Source: Terriglobia bacterium
GTDB taxonomy: Bacteria > Acidobacteriota > Terriglobia > 20CM-2-55-15
NCBI GenBank assembly: GCA_965198225.1
Contig: CBDAOY010000008.1
Coordinates: 992,001-1,056,000, forward strand
Length of the DNA stretch: 64,000 bases
Direction of reading: 5' to 3'
The notes below the pieces were generated by a model. That model was not told where the DNA came from and searched no databases. It was given only the letters and a program-made list of their open reading frames with translations. The stretch's first letter is position 1, and every line of letters starts with the position of its first letter. A program made the translations under genes and the position numbers. This document shows positions 28,790 to 39,055 of the stretch, one piece after another.

Positions 28790-28805
28790 GAGGTCGACCT
28801 CCATT

Positions 28806-29531
28806 ATGGATAACGTTTCAGTCCTGGCGGCGTTCGCGGCGGGTGTCGTATCGTTCCTGTCGCCTTGCGTGCTTCCGCTGGTACCCGGCTACATATCGAT
28901 CGTCTCGGGCATCTCCCTGGAGCAACTGCAGTCCGAATCGAAGAACAAGGGCCTGATGAAGGTCGTTCTCACCAATTCGGTGTTCTTCATCTTGGGTTTC
29001 TCCGTCATCTTCATCTCGCTCGGCGCATCGGCAACGTTCCTGGGCCAGTTGCTCATGTCGAGAATGTCGGTCCTGTACCGAATCGCCGGCATCGTCATCA
29101 TCATTTTCGGTCTGCATTTGACCGGTATCCTCAAGATCCCGTTCCTCTACCAGGACAAGCGATTCCACAACGTCGCCAAGCCGCGGGGTATGTTCGGCGC
29201 GTTCGTCCTGGGTCTGGCCTTCGCTTTCGGATGGACTCCCTGTATCGGCCCGATCCTGGCCGGGATCCTGACGTTTGCGAGCACGAAGGAGACAGTGACG
29301 CAGGGTGTATTCCTCCTGGCCGTGTATTCGGCGGGACTCGGTCTGCCGTTCCTCCTGACGAGCCTGGGTCTCAACAAGTTCCTGTCTTTCTACGGACGGT
29401 TCAAACACCACTTCAAGACGGTCGAGGTGGTCAGCGGTGTGCTGGTCGTGACGGTCGGTCTGCTGATTCTGACCAACAACTTCACGCGTCTCGCCGGTTA
29501 CCTGTCGTTCCTGAACCGTTTCGCGCTCTGA
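28806..29531 (+). CDS. ccdA: Cytochrome c biogenesis protein CcdA
   Basis: SFLSPCVLPLVPGY and FAFGWTPCIGPIL. Confidence 0.93.
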   Translation: MDNVSVLAAFAAGVVSFLSPCVLPLVPGYISIVSGISLEQLQSESKNKGLMKVVLTNSVFFILGFSVIFISLGASATFLGQLLMSRMSVLYRIAGIVIIIFGLHLTGILKIPFLYQDKRFHNVAKPRGMFGAFVLGLAFAFGWTPCIGPILAGILTFASTKETVTQGVFLLAVYSAGLGLPFLLTSLGLNKFLSFYGRFKHHFKTVEVVSGVLVVTVGLLILTNNFTRLAGYLSFLNRFAL

Positions 29532-29534
29532 AAC

Positions 29535-29658
29535 TCAGCCACAGATTGCACGGACGAACTCAGCCACGGATTGCACGGATTGAGCGGATTAGGAGTGATT
29601 TTCCCGGAGCAAACCACTAGCTTCTTCCGATCGGTGTAATCTGTGTAATCCGTGGCCT
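29535..29658. repeat. 9-mer inverted-array element, copy upstream of amidase
   Basis: TCAGCCAC.GATTGC.CGGACGAACTCAGCCACGGATTGCACGGATT..ACCACTAGCTTCT..GTGTAATCTGTGTAATCCGTGGCCT; nearly identical to 31104-31224. Confidence 0.85.
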
Positions 29659-29675
29659 TCTTCCCCAGACCTGCT

Positions 29676-29825
29676 GTGGATGAGATTCTCCAGTCGCTGA
29701 CCTCGCTCGCCACCGAAAACTTCGGTGCGTCCCGCGCGAAAGCCCTCCATCCCTTCCTCCAGGAACTCGCAGCAGACCTTGCCACACTGAGGGAGGTCGC
29801 AATGGATCCGCACGATGGGCCTTGA
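29676..29825 (+). CDS. 49-aa small protein, putative GatC/AtzG-like amidase accessory subunit
   Basis: Below the ORF-track cutoff: GTG start, MDEILQSLTSLATENFGASRAKALHPFLQELAADLATLREVAMDPHDGP*; overlaps the amidase start. Confidence 0.6.
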   Translation: MDEILQSLTSLATENFGASRAKALHPFLQELAADLATLREVAMDPHDGP

Positions 29826-31161
29826 GAACCTCAGCGTCGTCGAACTCGCGGACCGTATCCGCTCTCGCGAAGTCTCCCCGGTCGATGTCGCTCGGGCCTG
29901 CCTCGTTCGGATCGAACGGATCGATCCCGCGATAAAAGCCTGGCAGAAGATCGATTCCGCCACCCTCATGGCTGCGGCCCGGCGACGGGAAGCCGAACTC
30001 GACGCCGCGGCTGACGTAGGGCCCCTGCACGGTGTGCCCGTTGGCATCAAAGACATCTTCAACACCGGCGGCCTCGCGACCACCATGGGATCCCCGATCT
30101 TCAGGGACTTCGTGCCCGACCGGGATGCGGAGGTCGTGGCGCGGCTGAAACGGGCGGGAGCTGTCGTGATCGGCAAGACGGTCACAACCGAATTTGCCAC
30201 GTTCGATCCAGCAGAAACACGCAATCCCTGGAATGTGGCACACACTCCGGGCGGTTCGAGCAGCGGGTCGGCCGCCGCCGTAGCGGCGCGCATGTGTCCG
30301 GCCGCCGTCGGATCTCAGACCGTGGCATCCATCGGTCGGCCTGCCGCCTTCTGCGGCATCGTCGGACTCATGCCCACGGCGACACGCACCGCCGGCGACG
30401 GGATTTTCCCGGTGGCCTGGTCCCTGGATCATGCCGGAATGTTCGCCCGATGGGTCGATGACGTCGCGTTGATGCTGGATGCGATGGCCGAAACACCGAT
30501 CGAGCGGCCCGACCTCGGCGCAGGCTTCTCGGTGGGTGTCGTCCGGGAGTTCTTCGAAGAGCAAACCTCTCCTGAAGCATGGCGCCTCCACACCGAGTTG
30601 GTCGACCGGGTCTCCCACGCGGGAATACGAACGATCGAATTGTCGCTGCCAGGCATCTTCGACCGGCAGGCTGCCCTGCTGCGGACGATCCTTCGCGCGG
30701 AAGTCGCCGCCATTCATCAACAGCTGCACGGCGAGCATGCCGAGCAGTACGGCCCGAAGATCCGGGGTCTGATCGAGACCGGAAAGCTGATCTCATCCAC
30801 GGACTATCTCGGCGCGCGACGAGTGCGGAAGCGTTACCAGAGGGAGATGGCAGCGCTGTTCGGTGAATGCGACGTCCTGATCTCGCCGGGCGCGCGAGGC
30901 GCTGCCCCGCGAGGCCTGGACTACACGGGAGACCCGATCGTCTCGGCACCATGGACGCTGGCAGACTTTCCTACCTTGTCGCTGCCCCTCAAACTGGACT
31001 CTAATGGAATGCCGGTCGGGATTCAGCTGACAGCACCCCCGCGTTCGGAGGGCCTCTTGCTGGAGATCGGTCGATGGTTCGAGGATTTTATTGGATTCGA
31101 TCATCAGCCACGGATTGCGCGGACGAACTCAGCCACGGATTGCACGGATTTAGCGGATTAG
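29815..31161 (+). CDS. Amidase signature family enzyme
   Basis: GPLHGVPVGIKD, TPGGSSSGSAAAVA, GSQTVASIGRPAAFCG; last ~18 aa derive from the repeat. Confidence 0.92.
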   Translation: MGLENLSVVELADRIRSREVSPVDVARACLVRIERIDPAIKAWQKIDSATLMAAARRREAELDAAADVGPLHGVPVGIKDIFNTGGLATTMGSPIFRDFVPDRDAEVVARLKRAGAVVIGKTVTTEFATFDPAETRNPWNVAHTPGGSSSGSAAAVAARMCPAAVGSQTVASIGRPAAFCGIVGLMPTATRTAGDGIFPVAWSLDHAGMFARWVDDVALMLDAMAETPIERPDLGAGFSVGVVREFFEEQTSPEAWRLHTELVDRVSHAGIRTIELSLPGIFDRQAALLRTILRAEVAAIHQQLHGEHAEQYGPKIRGLIETGKLISSTDYLGARRVRKRYQREMAALFGECDVLISPGARGAAPRGLDYTGDPIVSAPWTLADFPTLSLPLKLDSNGMPVGIQLTAPPRSEGLLLEIGRWFEDFIGFDHQPRIARTNSATDCTDLAD

Positions 31162-31246
31162 CAGTGATCTTTCAGACGGCAGACCACTAGCTTCTATCCG
31201 TGTAATCTGTGTAATCCGTGGCCTGCAGTTCTGTGTAATCTGTGGC
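31104..31246. repeat. 9-mer inverted-array element, copy downstream of and overlapping the amidase 3' end
   Basis: Direct near-copy of 29535-29658 with an extra terminal unit. Confidence 0.85.
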
Positions 31247-31266
31247 TTTCGTGCTGCGACAGCCTG

Positions 31267-31956
31267 TCAGTCCGGGCTCTCCCCTTCCGGCAGCATCACG
31301 CCTTTGTCGAGATGACGGATGGTTGTCGCATGATGGGCCGCTCGCGGGTCATGGGTAACCATAACGATCGTCTTGTCGAATTCCCGGTTCAATTTTTCCA
31401 GGATCGCGAGCACCTCTTCGGCCGACCGGGCATCGAGGTCGCCGGTCGGTTCGTCGGCAAGCACGAGCGTCGGGTCGGTCACGATGGCCTGTGCGATCGC
31501 GACCCTCTGCTCCTCGCCACCAGAAAGCTGCCTCGGGTAATGCGTCATCCGGTCGTCGAGCCCGACAAGCCGCAACGCCGTCCTGACATGTTCGCGACGT
31601 TCCGACTTCGACAACTTCGTCAGCAGCAGAGGCAGTTCGACGTTCTCGTGCGCCGTCAGGACCGGTATCAGGTTGAATGTCTGGAAGACGAAGCCGATGT
31701 GGTCGTTCCGCCACACCGCCAGACGACTCTCGCCCATTTCGGCGATGTCATCGCCCAGGACCACGACCCGCCCTGAGGACGGTTTGTCGATTCCGGCAAT
31801 CAGGTTCAACAAGGTCGACTTACCGGAACCGGACGGTCCCATCAGGCACAAGAACGTGCCCGCATCGATATCGAGCGTGACGTTCTCCAGCGCGACAACC
31901 TCCGACGCGTCTTTCCGGAATACCTTGCCGGCTTCCTGAATCTGTACGGCCGACAT
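31267..31956 (-). CDS. ABC transporter ATP-binding protein (LolD/MacB-like)
   Basis: [29 protein letters not shown]. Confidence 0.93.
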   Translation of the reverse strand: MSAVQIQEAGKVFRKDASEVVALENVTLDIDAGTFLCLMGPSGSGKSTLLNLIAGIDKPSSGRVVVLGDDIAEMGESRLAVWRNDHIGFVFQTFNLIPVLTAHENVELPLLLTKLSKSERREHVRTALRLVGLDDRMTHYPRQLSGGEEQRVAIAQAIVTDPTLVLADEPTGDLDARSAEEVLAILEKLNREFDKTIVMVTHDPRAAHHATTIRHLDKGVMLPEGESPD

Positions 31957-33294
31957 CTACTCCGGTTGCCCTTCTGCCCGGTCGCCCGACTTCAGCGCTT
32001 GAAGCTCATCGCCGACGATGATGGACTCGTCGCCGGTCAAACCCGCGCTGACATAGGCGACGTCATCCACTTCACGGGCCACGGTGATCGGTTTCAGCCG
32101 AACCTCTCCGTCGATGAGGACCAGCACCGCCTTGCCCGCCTCGTGGTCGATCAGGGCACCAGCAGGTATCGACATTTGTTCGGTCACCTCCCGGGTCTCC
32201 GCTCTTGGTTCGAGAAATGTGACGCGTGCATTCATCTCCGGCTTTATCAAGGTGTCAGGATCCAATATTTGAACCTTTACTTGAATTGTGGCCCGCTGCC
32301 GATCCGCCTCGGGTGCAATTTCGGCGACCACGCACTCGTAGGGCCGGTCCGGGTAAGCGTCCGTCACGGCGTTGCAGGGCTGCTCGGGACCGATCCGGTT
32401 GAAATCATTCTGGCTGATGTCGAGCTCCACCTGCAGGTCGTTCAGGTCGGCAAGCGACACGGTCGACGATTTCGCACCGCGTTCCCCGACGAACGATGTG
32501 GTCACCATCTCGCCCGGCTCGACGATTCGCTCGAGGATCACGCCGTCGATCGGCGCGCGGATCTCGACGGCGTCAAGCATCGTTTCGCTGTAATCCACGT
32601 CGGCCCGCGCCCGTTCGACCTCGGCGCGAGCCGCGTCGATCTTCTCGATACGGGGACCCTGGCGAATGAGCTCGTAGCCCCGGGTCAAGGCCTCCAGGCT
32701 CGCCCGGGACACGTCGCGCCAGCCGAGCGCTTCGTCCAGGTCTCGAGCCGTGAACACACCTTCCGACACCAGGCCTTCAACCCGGGTCAGATTCGCTTCG
32801 TCCGTGCGCAACTGGGCTTCGGCACGATCCACTTCCGCCTGAGCCCGTTCGATCTCCTCGGGACGGGACCCCCGTTCCAGCTCCGCCAGGCGCGCCCGGG
32901 CGACTTGATGCACGGCGCGGGCGCGGTCGACCTGAGCCTGGTACTCCCGGTCTTCCAGTTTGACCAGGAGCTGTCCCTTCCGGACCCGGTCGCCCTTCTC
33001 GACACCGATCCATTCGACTCGCCCGATGACCTTTGAACTGAGATCGATCTTGTGGTGCGCCACGACGTATCCCGTCGCCACGAGCACAGGAGATTCGGAC
33101 GATTCGACCCGCGGGCGCACCGTACGGACGGTCACCGCCTCACTCGAGCCCCGGAAGAAATAGACTCCCGCGACAACGCCCGCGAACGCGAAGGCAAGAA
33201 ACAGAATCCATCCCGGCGACGGGCCTTCTCTTCGCCTATGGCGTTTCGACTTGTCTATCTTTAGTTTGTGGAGCTCGTTGGACAGATCGTCCAT
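31957..33294 (-). CDS. Efflux periplasmic adaptor (membrane fusion protein)
   Basis: ATGYVVA, VEKGDRVRKGQLL, IRAPIDG, long coiled coil. Confidence 0.9.
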   Translation of the reverse strand: MDDLSNELHKLKIDKSKRHRRREGPSPGWILFLAFAFAGVVAGVYFFRGSSEAVTVRTVRPRVESSESPVLVATGYVVAHHKIDLSSKVIGRVEWIGVEKGDRVRKGQLLVKLEDREYQAQVDRARAVHQVARARLAELERGSRPEEIERAQAEVDRAEAQLRTDEANLTRVEGLVSEGVFTARDLDEALGWRDVSRASLEALTRGYELIRQGPRIEKIDAARAEVERARADVDYSETMLDAVEIRAPIDGVILERIVEPGEMVTTSFVGERGAKSSTVSLADLNDLQVELDISQNDFNRIGPEQPCNAVTDAYPDRPYECVVAEIAPEADRQRATIQVKVQILDPDTLIKPEMNARVTFLEPRAETREVTEQMSIPAGALIDHEAGKAVLVLIDGEVRLKPITVAREVDDVAYVSAGLTGDESIIVGDELQALKSGDRAEGQPE

Positions 33295-33306
33295 TCCAGC
33301 ACTCCT

Positions 33307-34446
33307 CTAAACTTCCGTGCGCAGCGCGCGGATGATGGGCAGCCGGGCGGCCAGCCGCGCCGGCAGGATGCCTCCGACAATTCCCATGATAGCCGCGAAA
33401 ATCATCCCCTGCGTCAACAGGTCCCGGGTAATTCGGAATTCGAACAGGACTTCAGAAAAACTCGCAAAATTCAGCGTCCCCGTCGAAATGCCGTTCACGG
33501 GCAGTGCCATCAGGCAGCCCACGACTCCGCCGGCGAGCGCCAGTATCAGGGATTCCAGGAAGAACGATGCCATGATGGAGCGTCGACGGAACCCCAGCAG
33601 CCGCAGGGTCGCGATCTCCCGCGTCCGGTAGGCGGTCGCGGCATACATCGTGTTCATCACGGCGAAACTGGAGCCGATTGCCATGATGATCGCAATGAAG
33701 GTGCCGATGATCTGGATGGGAATGGCAGTCGACGTCTGGGCTCGGAAATACTCGATCTCGCGGAAAGCATCGAGCTGAGGCCGGCGGTCATCGGCGATTC
33801 TCTGTTGAAGTCCTGGAATCGAAGCCTCATCGGTCACTCGAATCAGCAGTGACGAGTAGATCGGACGCTCGAACTCTCCGGAGACTTCGTTGTAGCTCGC
33901 CCAGATTTCCGAGTCGTATGCCGTCCGGCCCGCGTCGAAAATCCCGACTATGTCCCAGTCCACGCGTCCGATTCGGATCCTGTCTCCCAGCCCCGCGCCC
34001 TCGAACCGGTTCGACACGGAACGGCTGACGATCACTTCGCCGACCCCTGGGCGGAGCATGCGGCCTTCGACGACCTCCATCCCGGGCCTCAACCCGATCG
34101 CTTCGACAGGCACGCCGCGCACGATCAGGTTCGCGTCACTACCGTCGATCCGGGGGTGGTTGATCAAGATGATGACTTCGCCCGAAACCGTCGATACGCC
34201 GTCGAGCGTCTCGACGATGCCCTTGATATCCCGGTTGAAAAAGCTGTTGGTCTCGGCCTGGGAGCCTTCACGGATCGCCATCAGATTCAGGGGATCGCCC
34301 GTGTCGCTGTAGGTGTTCTGCAGGCCGTGCACCAGAGCGAGCACGGAAACGAAAACGGCCACCGTCAACGCCACGCCGAGGATGGTCATCGCGGTCCCAA
34401 CCCGGCGCACGACGAGGCTTCTCACGTTGTATTTAACGGGGATCAT
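33307..34446 (-). CDS. ABC transporter permease (FtsX/MacB family)
   Basis: YNVRSL..R, NTMY...R.REIATLR.LGF. Confidence 0.9.
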   Translation of the reverse strand: MIPVKYNVRSLVVRRVGTAMTILGVALTVAVFVSVLALVHGLQNTYSDTGDPLNLMAIREGSQAETNSFFNRDIKGIVETLDGVSTVSGEVIILINHPRIDGSDANLIVRGVPVEAIGLRPGMEVVEGRMLRPGVGEVIVSRSVSNRFEGAGLGDRIRIGRVDWDIVGIFDAGRTAYDSEIWASYNEVSGEFERPIYSSLLIRVTDEASIPGLQQRIADDRRPQLDAFREIEYFRAQTSTAIPIQIIGTFIAIIMAIGSSFAVMNTMYAATAYRTREIATLRLLGFRRRSIMASFFLESLILALAGGVVGCLMALPVNGISTGTLNFASFSEVLFEFRITRDLLTQGMIFAAIMGIVGGILPARLAARLPIIRALRTEV

Positions 34447-34483
34447 TTCACGCGTTCAACCGGCGGCGCGGACGGAGTCTCCT

Positions 34484-35680
34484 CTATTCCCCCCGTCGGC
34501 GTACCGCATCGACGATTGCCAGACGCGAGGCGTTGTAGGCCGGGACGGCCGTGCTGATCATCGCGACAGACAACGCGATTGCTGCAGCCAGGGCGACCGT
34601 GTCCCAGCGCACGATGAACTGGGGGATGAAACCCATCGTCATCTGATTGAAGTCTATCGAACCGTAGAGATACCGTGCTCCGAGCGATCCCAGCAGCCCT
34701 CCGGCCACCGCGATTGTCACCGACTCGACGACGATGAGTCCGAGGATCTGCCGGCGGTTGAAACCGATCGTCTTGAGGATCGCGATCTCTCCGGTCCGTT
34801 CCCGGATCGACATCGCCATGGTGTTGGCGGCCACCAGGATGATCGTGAATAGAACGACCGTGGAAATGCTCACGATCAAGGCCCGGATGTTCCCCCACAT
34901 CTCCATGAATCCCAGGATGAAAGACTTCTCGCTTTCGGTCTTCGTGGGTGCGTTTGTGTTCGCGAACTCGGCATCGATGGATTCGATCACGGCCGGAATG
35001 ACCTCGGCGCTCTCGGCCCGGATCGTGAACGTGCCCGCGATCCCGGCGCGTTCGAACAGCTCGTCGTAGTAGTCCCACCTGAAATAGAAGGTGTTCTCGC
35101 TGTTCGCACCCGAGACAAAGCCCCGAACGATAGTCTCCACGTCGAACGGGGCGAACGTGCCTTCAAGAGTCACCCTGTCGCCGATCTCCCAACCGAACCG
35201 TTCGGCCAGATTGACGCCCACCAGCGAGGCAATCCGCTCGGATTCGAACGCCTCGCGCTCTGCCGCGCTCGTTTCGACATCCGGGTACACGGTGAAGAAG
35301 GTTTCATGGTCGACGGCAAAGTTCGCGAAGAAATTGGCGGGATCCTGGTAGATGCCCCCGAACCACTGGTTCGCGTTGACCTCTTCCACGCCGGGGATCT
35401 GCCGGATGCGGTCGGCATAGGCGACCGGCATCACGTTCGCCAGCGACACTTTGTGCCGAGTCACGATGCGCAGGGCCGATTCGGGCGTCAAGTTCGGATC
35501 CTCCAGCGACGTCAGCAGCGTGCGCAAGGTCGTGATCAGAAACAGGGACATCGCGATGCTCAGCACCGTGAGCACGGTCCGCCGTTTGTTGCGCAGGGTC
35601 TTCTTGAGGATCAGGGGGAGGAATCGCACAAGAACATTAAAACACAACCGCGGCTGCGCCGCGGATTGGAGATCGATCAT
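34484..35680 (-). CDS. ABC transporter permease (FtsX/MacB family)
   Basis: RNKRRTVLT, ANTMAMSIRERTGEIAILKTIGF; real start probably near 35630. Confidence 0.9.
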   Translation of the reverse strand: MIDLQSAAQPRLCFNVLVRFLPLILKKTLRNKRRTVLTVLSIAMSLFLITTLRTLLTSLEDPNLTPESALRIVTRHKVSLANVMPVAYADRIRQIPGVEEVNANQWFGGIYQDPANFFANFAVDHETFFTVYPDVETSAAEREAFESERIASLVGVNLAERFGWEIGDRVTLEGTFAPFDVETIVRGFVSGANSENTFYFRWDYYDELFERAGIAGTFTIRAESAEVIPAVIESIDAEFANTNAPTKTESEKSFILGFMEMWGNIRALIVSISTVVLFTIILVAANTMAMSIRERTGEIAILKTIGFNRRQILGLIVVESVTIAVAGGLLGSLGARYLYGSIDFNQMTMGFIPQFIVRWDTVALAAAIALSVAMISTAVPAYNASRLAIVDAVRRRGE

Positions 35681-35836
35681 TGCTGCATTTCTGGATTCCC
35701 CATTGAGGACGCACTCCGCAGCACTCCGAAAGTCTCAAATCTGCAATCTCCAACGTCCAATTTCCAATAATCCGGTCCCCCCACGCTGGGGCATATGCGG
35801 TCTACCTCTGCATATGCCGACTGCTACAATACGGAA

Positions 35837-36706
35837 ATGGTCCGCGCATCCAACGCCGTCGCACTCCTCAAAGTACTGATCGCAGCGGCCTGGGCCGACT
35901 CCGAGCTCTCACAGGCCGAGTTGAACTACATCAAGGAGCTGGCGCGGCATTTCGACCTCGATGACGACGAGTGGTTCCACCTGCAACCCTACATTGAGGA
36001 TCCCGTGACAGCGGAGGAACAGGAGGCGGTCGTGCGAGATCTGCTTGCACGAATCAGCACGCCCTTTGAACGCAAGGCTGTCATCCACCACCTGCAACAG
36101 ATCATCGAAGCCGACGCCCGGATCTCGGATGAAGAGAGGATCCTGCTGAAGCGTTACGAAGAGATCTTGATGGAGGCCTCGTCGATGGACCTGATGCTGG
36201 GTCGTGTCAAGGGCCTCTTCCAGGCCTCGAAGCGCCACTCGACGGTCGACATCGACGAGTTTCTCCGGAACAAGGTCCTCTTCAAACTCCGGAGACGTGC
36301 CGGCGACTCCCGGATCTCGCCCGATATGCACCGCCTGGCCCTGCTGGGCGGGTTGATGGGGATCGTGGCCCACGCCGACCACGACATTCACGAGCGGGAA
36401 CTCGACGAGATTCGTCGACAGCTCTCGACCAGAGGCCGTTTTGACGAGGATGCGACGGAACTGCTGCTGAGGATCATCGAGGAAGAATCGGTTCGGGGAC
36501 TGGACCGGCATCGTCTGATCGCCGAATACGCGGCCGACATCGATCTGGCCGGACGGGTGGAGCTGCTCGACTTGCTCTTCGCGGTCGCAGCCGCCGACGG
36601 TGCCATGACCCATCCGGAACTGGAGGAGCTGCGCGCCATATCCTCGGCCCTCCACATGAGCCACAAGCAGTACATCGCCGCCAAGATCCGGGCCAAGCCG
36701 GCGTAG
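35837..36706 (+). CDS. Tandem TerB-like domain protein
   Basis: LIAAAWAD..ELNYI, VAHAD..E, LFAVAAADG..E. Confidence 0.8.
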   Translation: MVRASNAVALLKVLIAAAWADSELSQAELNYIKELARHFDLDDDEWFHLQPYIEDPVTAEEQEAVVRDLLARISTPFERKAVIHHLQQIIEADARISDEERILLKRYEEILMEASSMDLMLGRVKGLFQASKRHSTVDIDEFLRNKVLFKLRRRAGDSRISPDMHRLALLGGLMGIVAHADHDIHERELDEIRRQLSTRGRFDEDATELLLRIIEEESVRGLDRHRLIAEYAADIDLAGRVELLDLLFAVAAADGAMTHPELEELRAISSALHMSHKQYIAAKIRAKPA

Positions 36707-36732
36707 CCACGATTACACAGATCGCACGGAGA

Positions 36733-38079
36733 CTAGCCCGCTACTGCCGCCCGTATCGACTCGCCAACGATGTTGACGATTCGATCGATCTCGTCATCCG
36801 TGGTCGTGAAAGGGGGAGCGATGACATAGATGTCTTCCCGGAAGCGGCTGTAGAGACCCCGGCTGGTGCATTCCGCATGCAGTCGAGCTCCCACTTTTAG
36901 CCCTGCGGGGAAGCTCTTCTTCGTGGTCTTGTCTTCGACCAGCTCCACGCCCGTCATCAGACCGAGCCCCCGCACGTCCCCCACGTGATCGAGTGTCGCC
37001 AGCCCCTGCAGCCCTTCGAGGAGGCGTTTCCCCTGCCGGGCCGCAGCGTCGACGAGTTCCTCCCGCTCAAGAATAGCGAGGTTTGCCAAGGCGACCGCAC
37101 AGCAGGTCGGATGACCCGAGTACGTGTAGGCATGCATCCAGCGCCGATCGGGCGGGACGGCGACGATTCCGTCGTAGACGCGATCGGATAGACCCATACC
37201 GCCGAGGGGAACGTAACCGGATGTGATCCCCTTGGCCATGGAGACAATGTCGGGCTCCACCCCCCAGTGTTCCATGGCGAACCACTTTCCCGTCCGTCCG
37301 AACCCAGTGATCACCTCGTCCGCGATAAAAAGCACATCGTGCTGATCGCAGATTTGACGGACGCGGGGAAAATAGTCGCCCGGCGGGACGATGGCTCCTC
37401 CGAGCCCCTGGACCGGTTCGGCGATGAATGCAGCCACCGTGTCGGCACCTTCCAGGAGAATCGCTTCCTCAAGCAAGTCCGCGGCAGCGACGCCGGGAGC
37501 GACATCGGTTCGGGTCGATTCGAAACGGTACGGGTATGGTGGTGGGATTCGTACGAATCCGGGCATCCCGGGACCGAAGCCCGGCCTGTACATGTCGAGA
37601 CCCGTCGCGTTCATCGCTCCGAGCGTGACGCCGTGGTAGCCGAGATCGAGGCTGATGATCTTGTGCTTTCCTTCCCTGCCGGCGGCATTCCAGAAAAAGC
37701 GGGCCGTCTTGAAGGCGCTGTCGTTGGATTCCGCCCCTCCCGAGGTCAGGAAGAAGTGGTTGATCGACGGGTAACAGTGCTCGGCGAGTTTCTCTGAGAG
37801 CGTCACCGCAGGGATGTTCGTGTTCCCGGTGTAGGCCGATGCATAAGCGAGTGTCTTCATCTGGTTTGCGGATGCCTCCGCCAACTCCGCACGACCGTGC
37901 CCGACATTGACGTTCCACAGGCCGGACAGGCCGTCTATGAACTCGCGGCCGTCCGCAGCGCGCAGAATCGAACCATGGCCTTCTACCCACACCATCGGTT
38001 GAGTGTGATCGTCCGGGTGGTAGAGGGGATGGACGAGATGTTCCTGATCGGTCTGAATCAAACGGTCGATATCGGGCAT
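36733..38079 (-). CDS. Class III PLP aminotransferase
   Basis: IDGLSGLWNVNVGHG, GYHG, FIAEPVQG, FIADEVITGFGRTG, AKGITSGY. Confidence 0.93.
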   Translation of the reverse strand: MPDIDRLIQTDQEHLVHPLYHPDDHTQPMVWVEGHGSILRAADGREFIDGLSGLWNVNVGHGRAELAEASANQMKTLAYASAYTGNTNIPAVTLSEKLAEHCYPSINHFFLTSGGAESNDSAFKTARFFWNAAGREGKHKIISLDLGYHGVTLGAMNATGLDMYRPGFGPGMPGFVRIPPPYPYRFESTRTDVAPGVAAADLLEEAILLEGADTVAAFIAEPVQGLGGAIVPPGDYFPRVRQICDQHDVLFIADEVITGFGRTGKWFAMEHWGVEPDIVSMAKGITSGYVPLGGMGLSDRVYDGIVAVPPDRRWMHAYTYSGHPTCCAVALANLAILEREELVDAAARQGKRLLEGLQGLATLDHVGDVRGLGLMTGVELVEDKTTKKSFPAGLKVGARLHAECTSRGLYSRFREDIYVIAPPFTTTDDEIDRIVNIVGESIRAAVAG

Positions 38080-38126
38080 GCTTCAACCTTTCCGGTAAGG
38101 AGTCACGAAGTTCGTATAATACCGCA

Positions 38127-39032
38127 ATGCATTTTGGGGTCACGCTTCCACATTTTCGGCACCTGGCGTCACCGGAGGCGATCCGGACCCTCGCGCATCA
38201 CGCCGAGCAAGTCGGTCTGGACTCTGTCTGGGTCACAGATCACGTCGTCCTGCCGGATTCCGCCCTGCCAAAATTCGGAGAGACGTTCTACGAACCGCTG
38301 ACGGTCCTCGCATACGTTGCCGGTATGACATCGCGAATCTCGATCGGAACGAGCGCGATCATCCTGCCGTACCGTAACCCGTTGGTTACGGCCAAGCAGC
38401 TGTCGACGATCGACGTCCTGTCCGCGGGTCGACTCATTTTCGGTGCAGCCGCCGGGTGGGCCGAGGCCGAGTTTCGAGCACTCGGCGTGGGTTTCGAAGA
38501 TCGTGGATCCCGGTCCGACGAGTACCTTCGTGTGATACGCACTCTCTGGACTGAAAGCCGCCCGCAGTTTCAAGGCGATTTCGCAAGCTTTTCCGATATC
38601 ACCTTCCATCCCAGACCCGTCCAGCAGCCGCACCCGCCGGTCTGGATCGGAGGCAACAGCGGACGGGGAATCCGCCGCGCTGCGGAATTCGGAAACTACT
38701 GGCATCCGACTCGCCCGAGCGTCGAGGACATCCGAATCGGTCGTGATCGTTTGGCCGAGGCTGAGGAGCGTGCCGGACGAGAGCCGGGGGAGGTGGGGAT
38801 CGCAGCCCGAGAACCATTCAAGCTGGACGAAACGATGCCGGCGGACCCGCGCAAACCATTGCTGGGACCACGGAATCACGTACTGGAGTCTCTGGCCGCG
38901 TTTGCCGAACTCGGTGTCACTCATTTTGTGATCGACCTTTTCTACAGCACCTCCGCGCTGCATGATTCGACCCTGGATTCCGTCATGAAGGCGATGGAGG
39001 TGTTGGCCGAGGACATTCGTCCCAGTCTGTAG
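38127..39032 (+). CDS. LLM-class (probably F420-dependent) oxidoreductase
   Basis: DSVWVTDH, EPLTVLAYVAG.T, RNP, DVLSAGR, PVQQPHPPVWIGG. Confidence 0.85.
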   Translation: MHFGVTLPHFRHLASPEAIRTLAHHAEQVGLDSVWVTDHVVLPDSALPKFGETFYEPLTVLAYVAGMTSRISIGTSAIILPYRNPLVTAKQLSTIDVLSAGRLIFGAAAGWAEAEFRALGVGFEDRGSRSDEYLRVIRTLWTESRPQFQGDFASFSDITFHPRPVQQPHPPVWIGGNSGRGIRRAAEFGNYWHPTRPSVEDIRIGRDRLAEAEERAGREPGEVGIAAREPFKLDETMPADPRKPLLGPRNHVLESLAAFAELGVTHFVIDLFYSTSALHDSTLDSVMKAMEVLAEDIRPSL

Positions 39033-39055
39033 CAGCCAGTCATCGAGAATCGAGA

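Noticed and set aside
29535-31246. CRISPR array from the CACGGATT repeats
   Set aside because: Units are 9-nt, degenerate and arranged as inverted arms, with no constant repeat-spacer period and no cas genes
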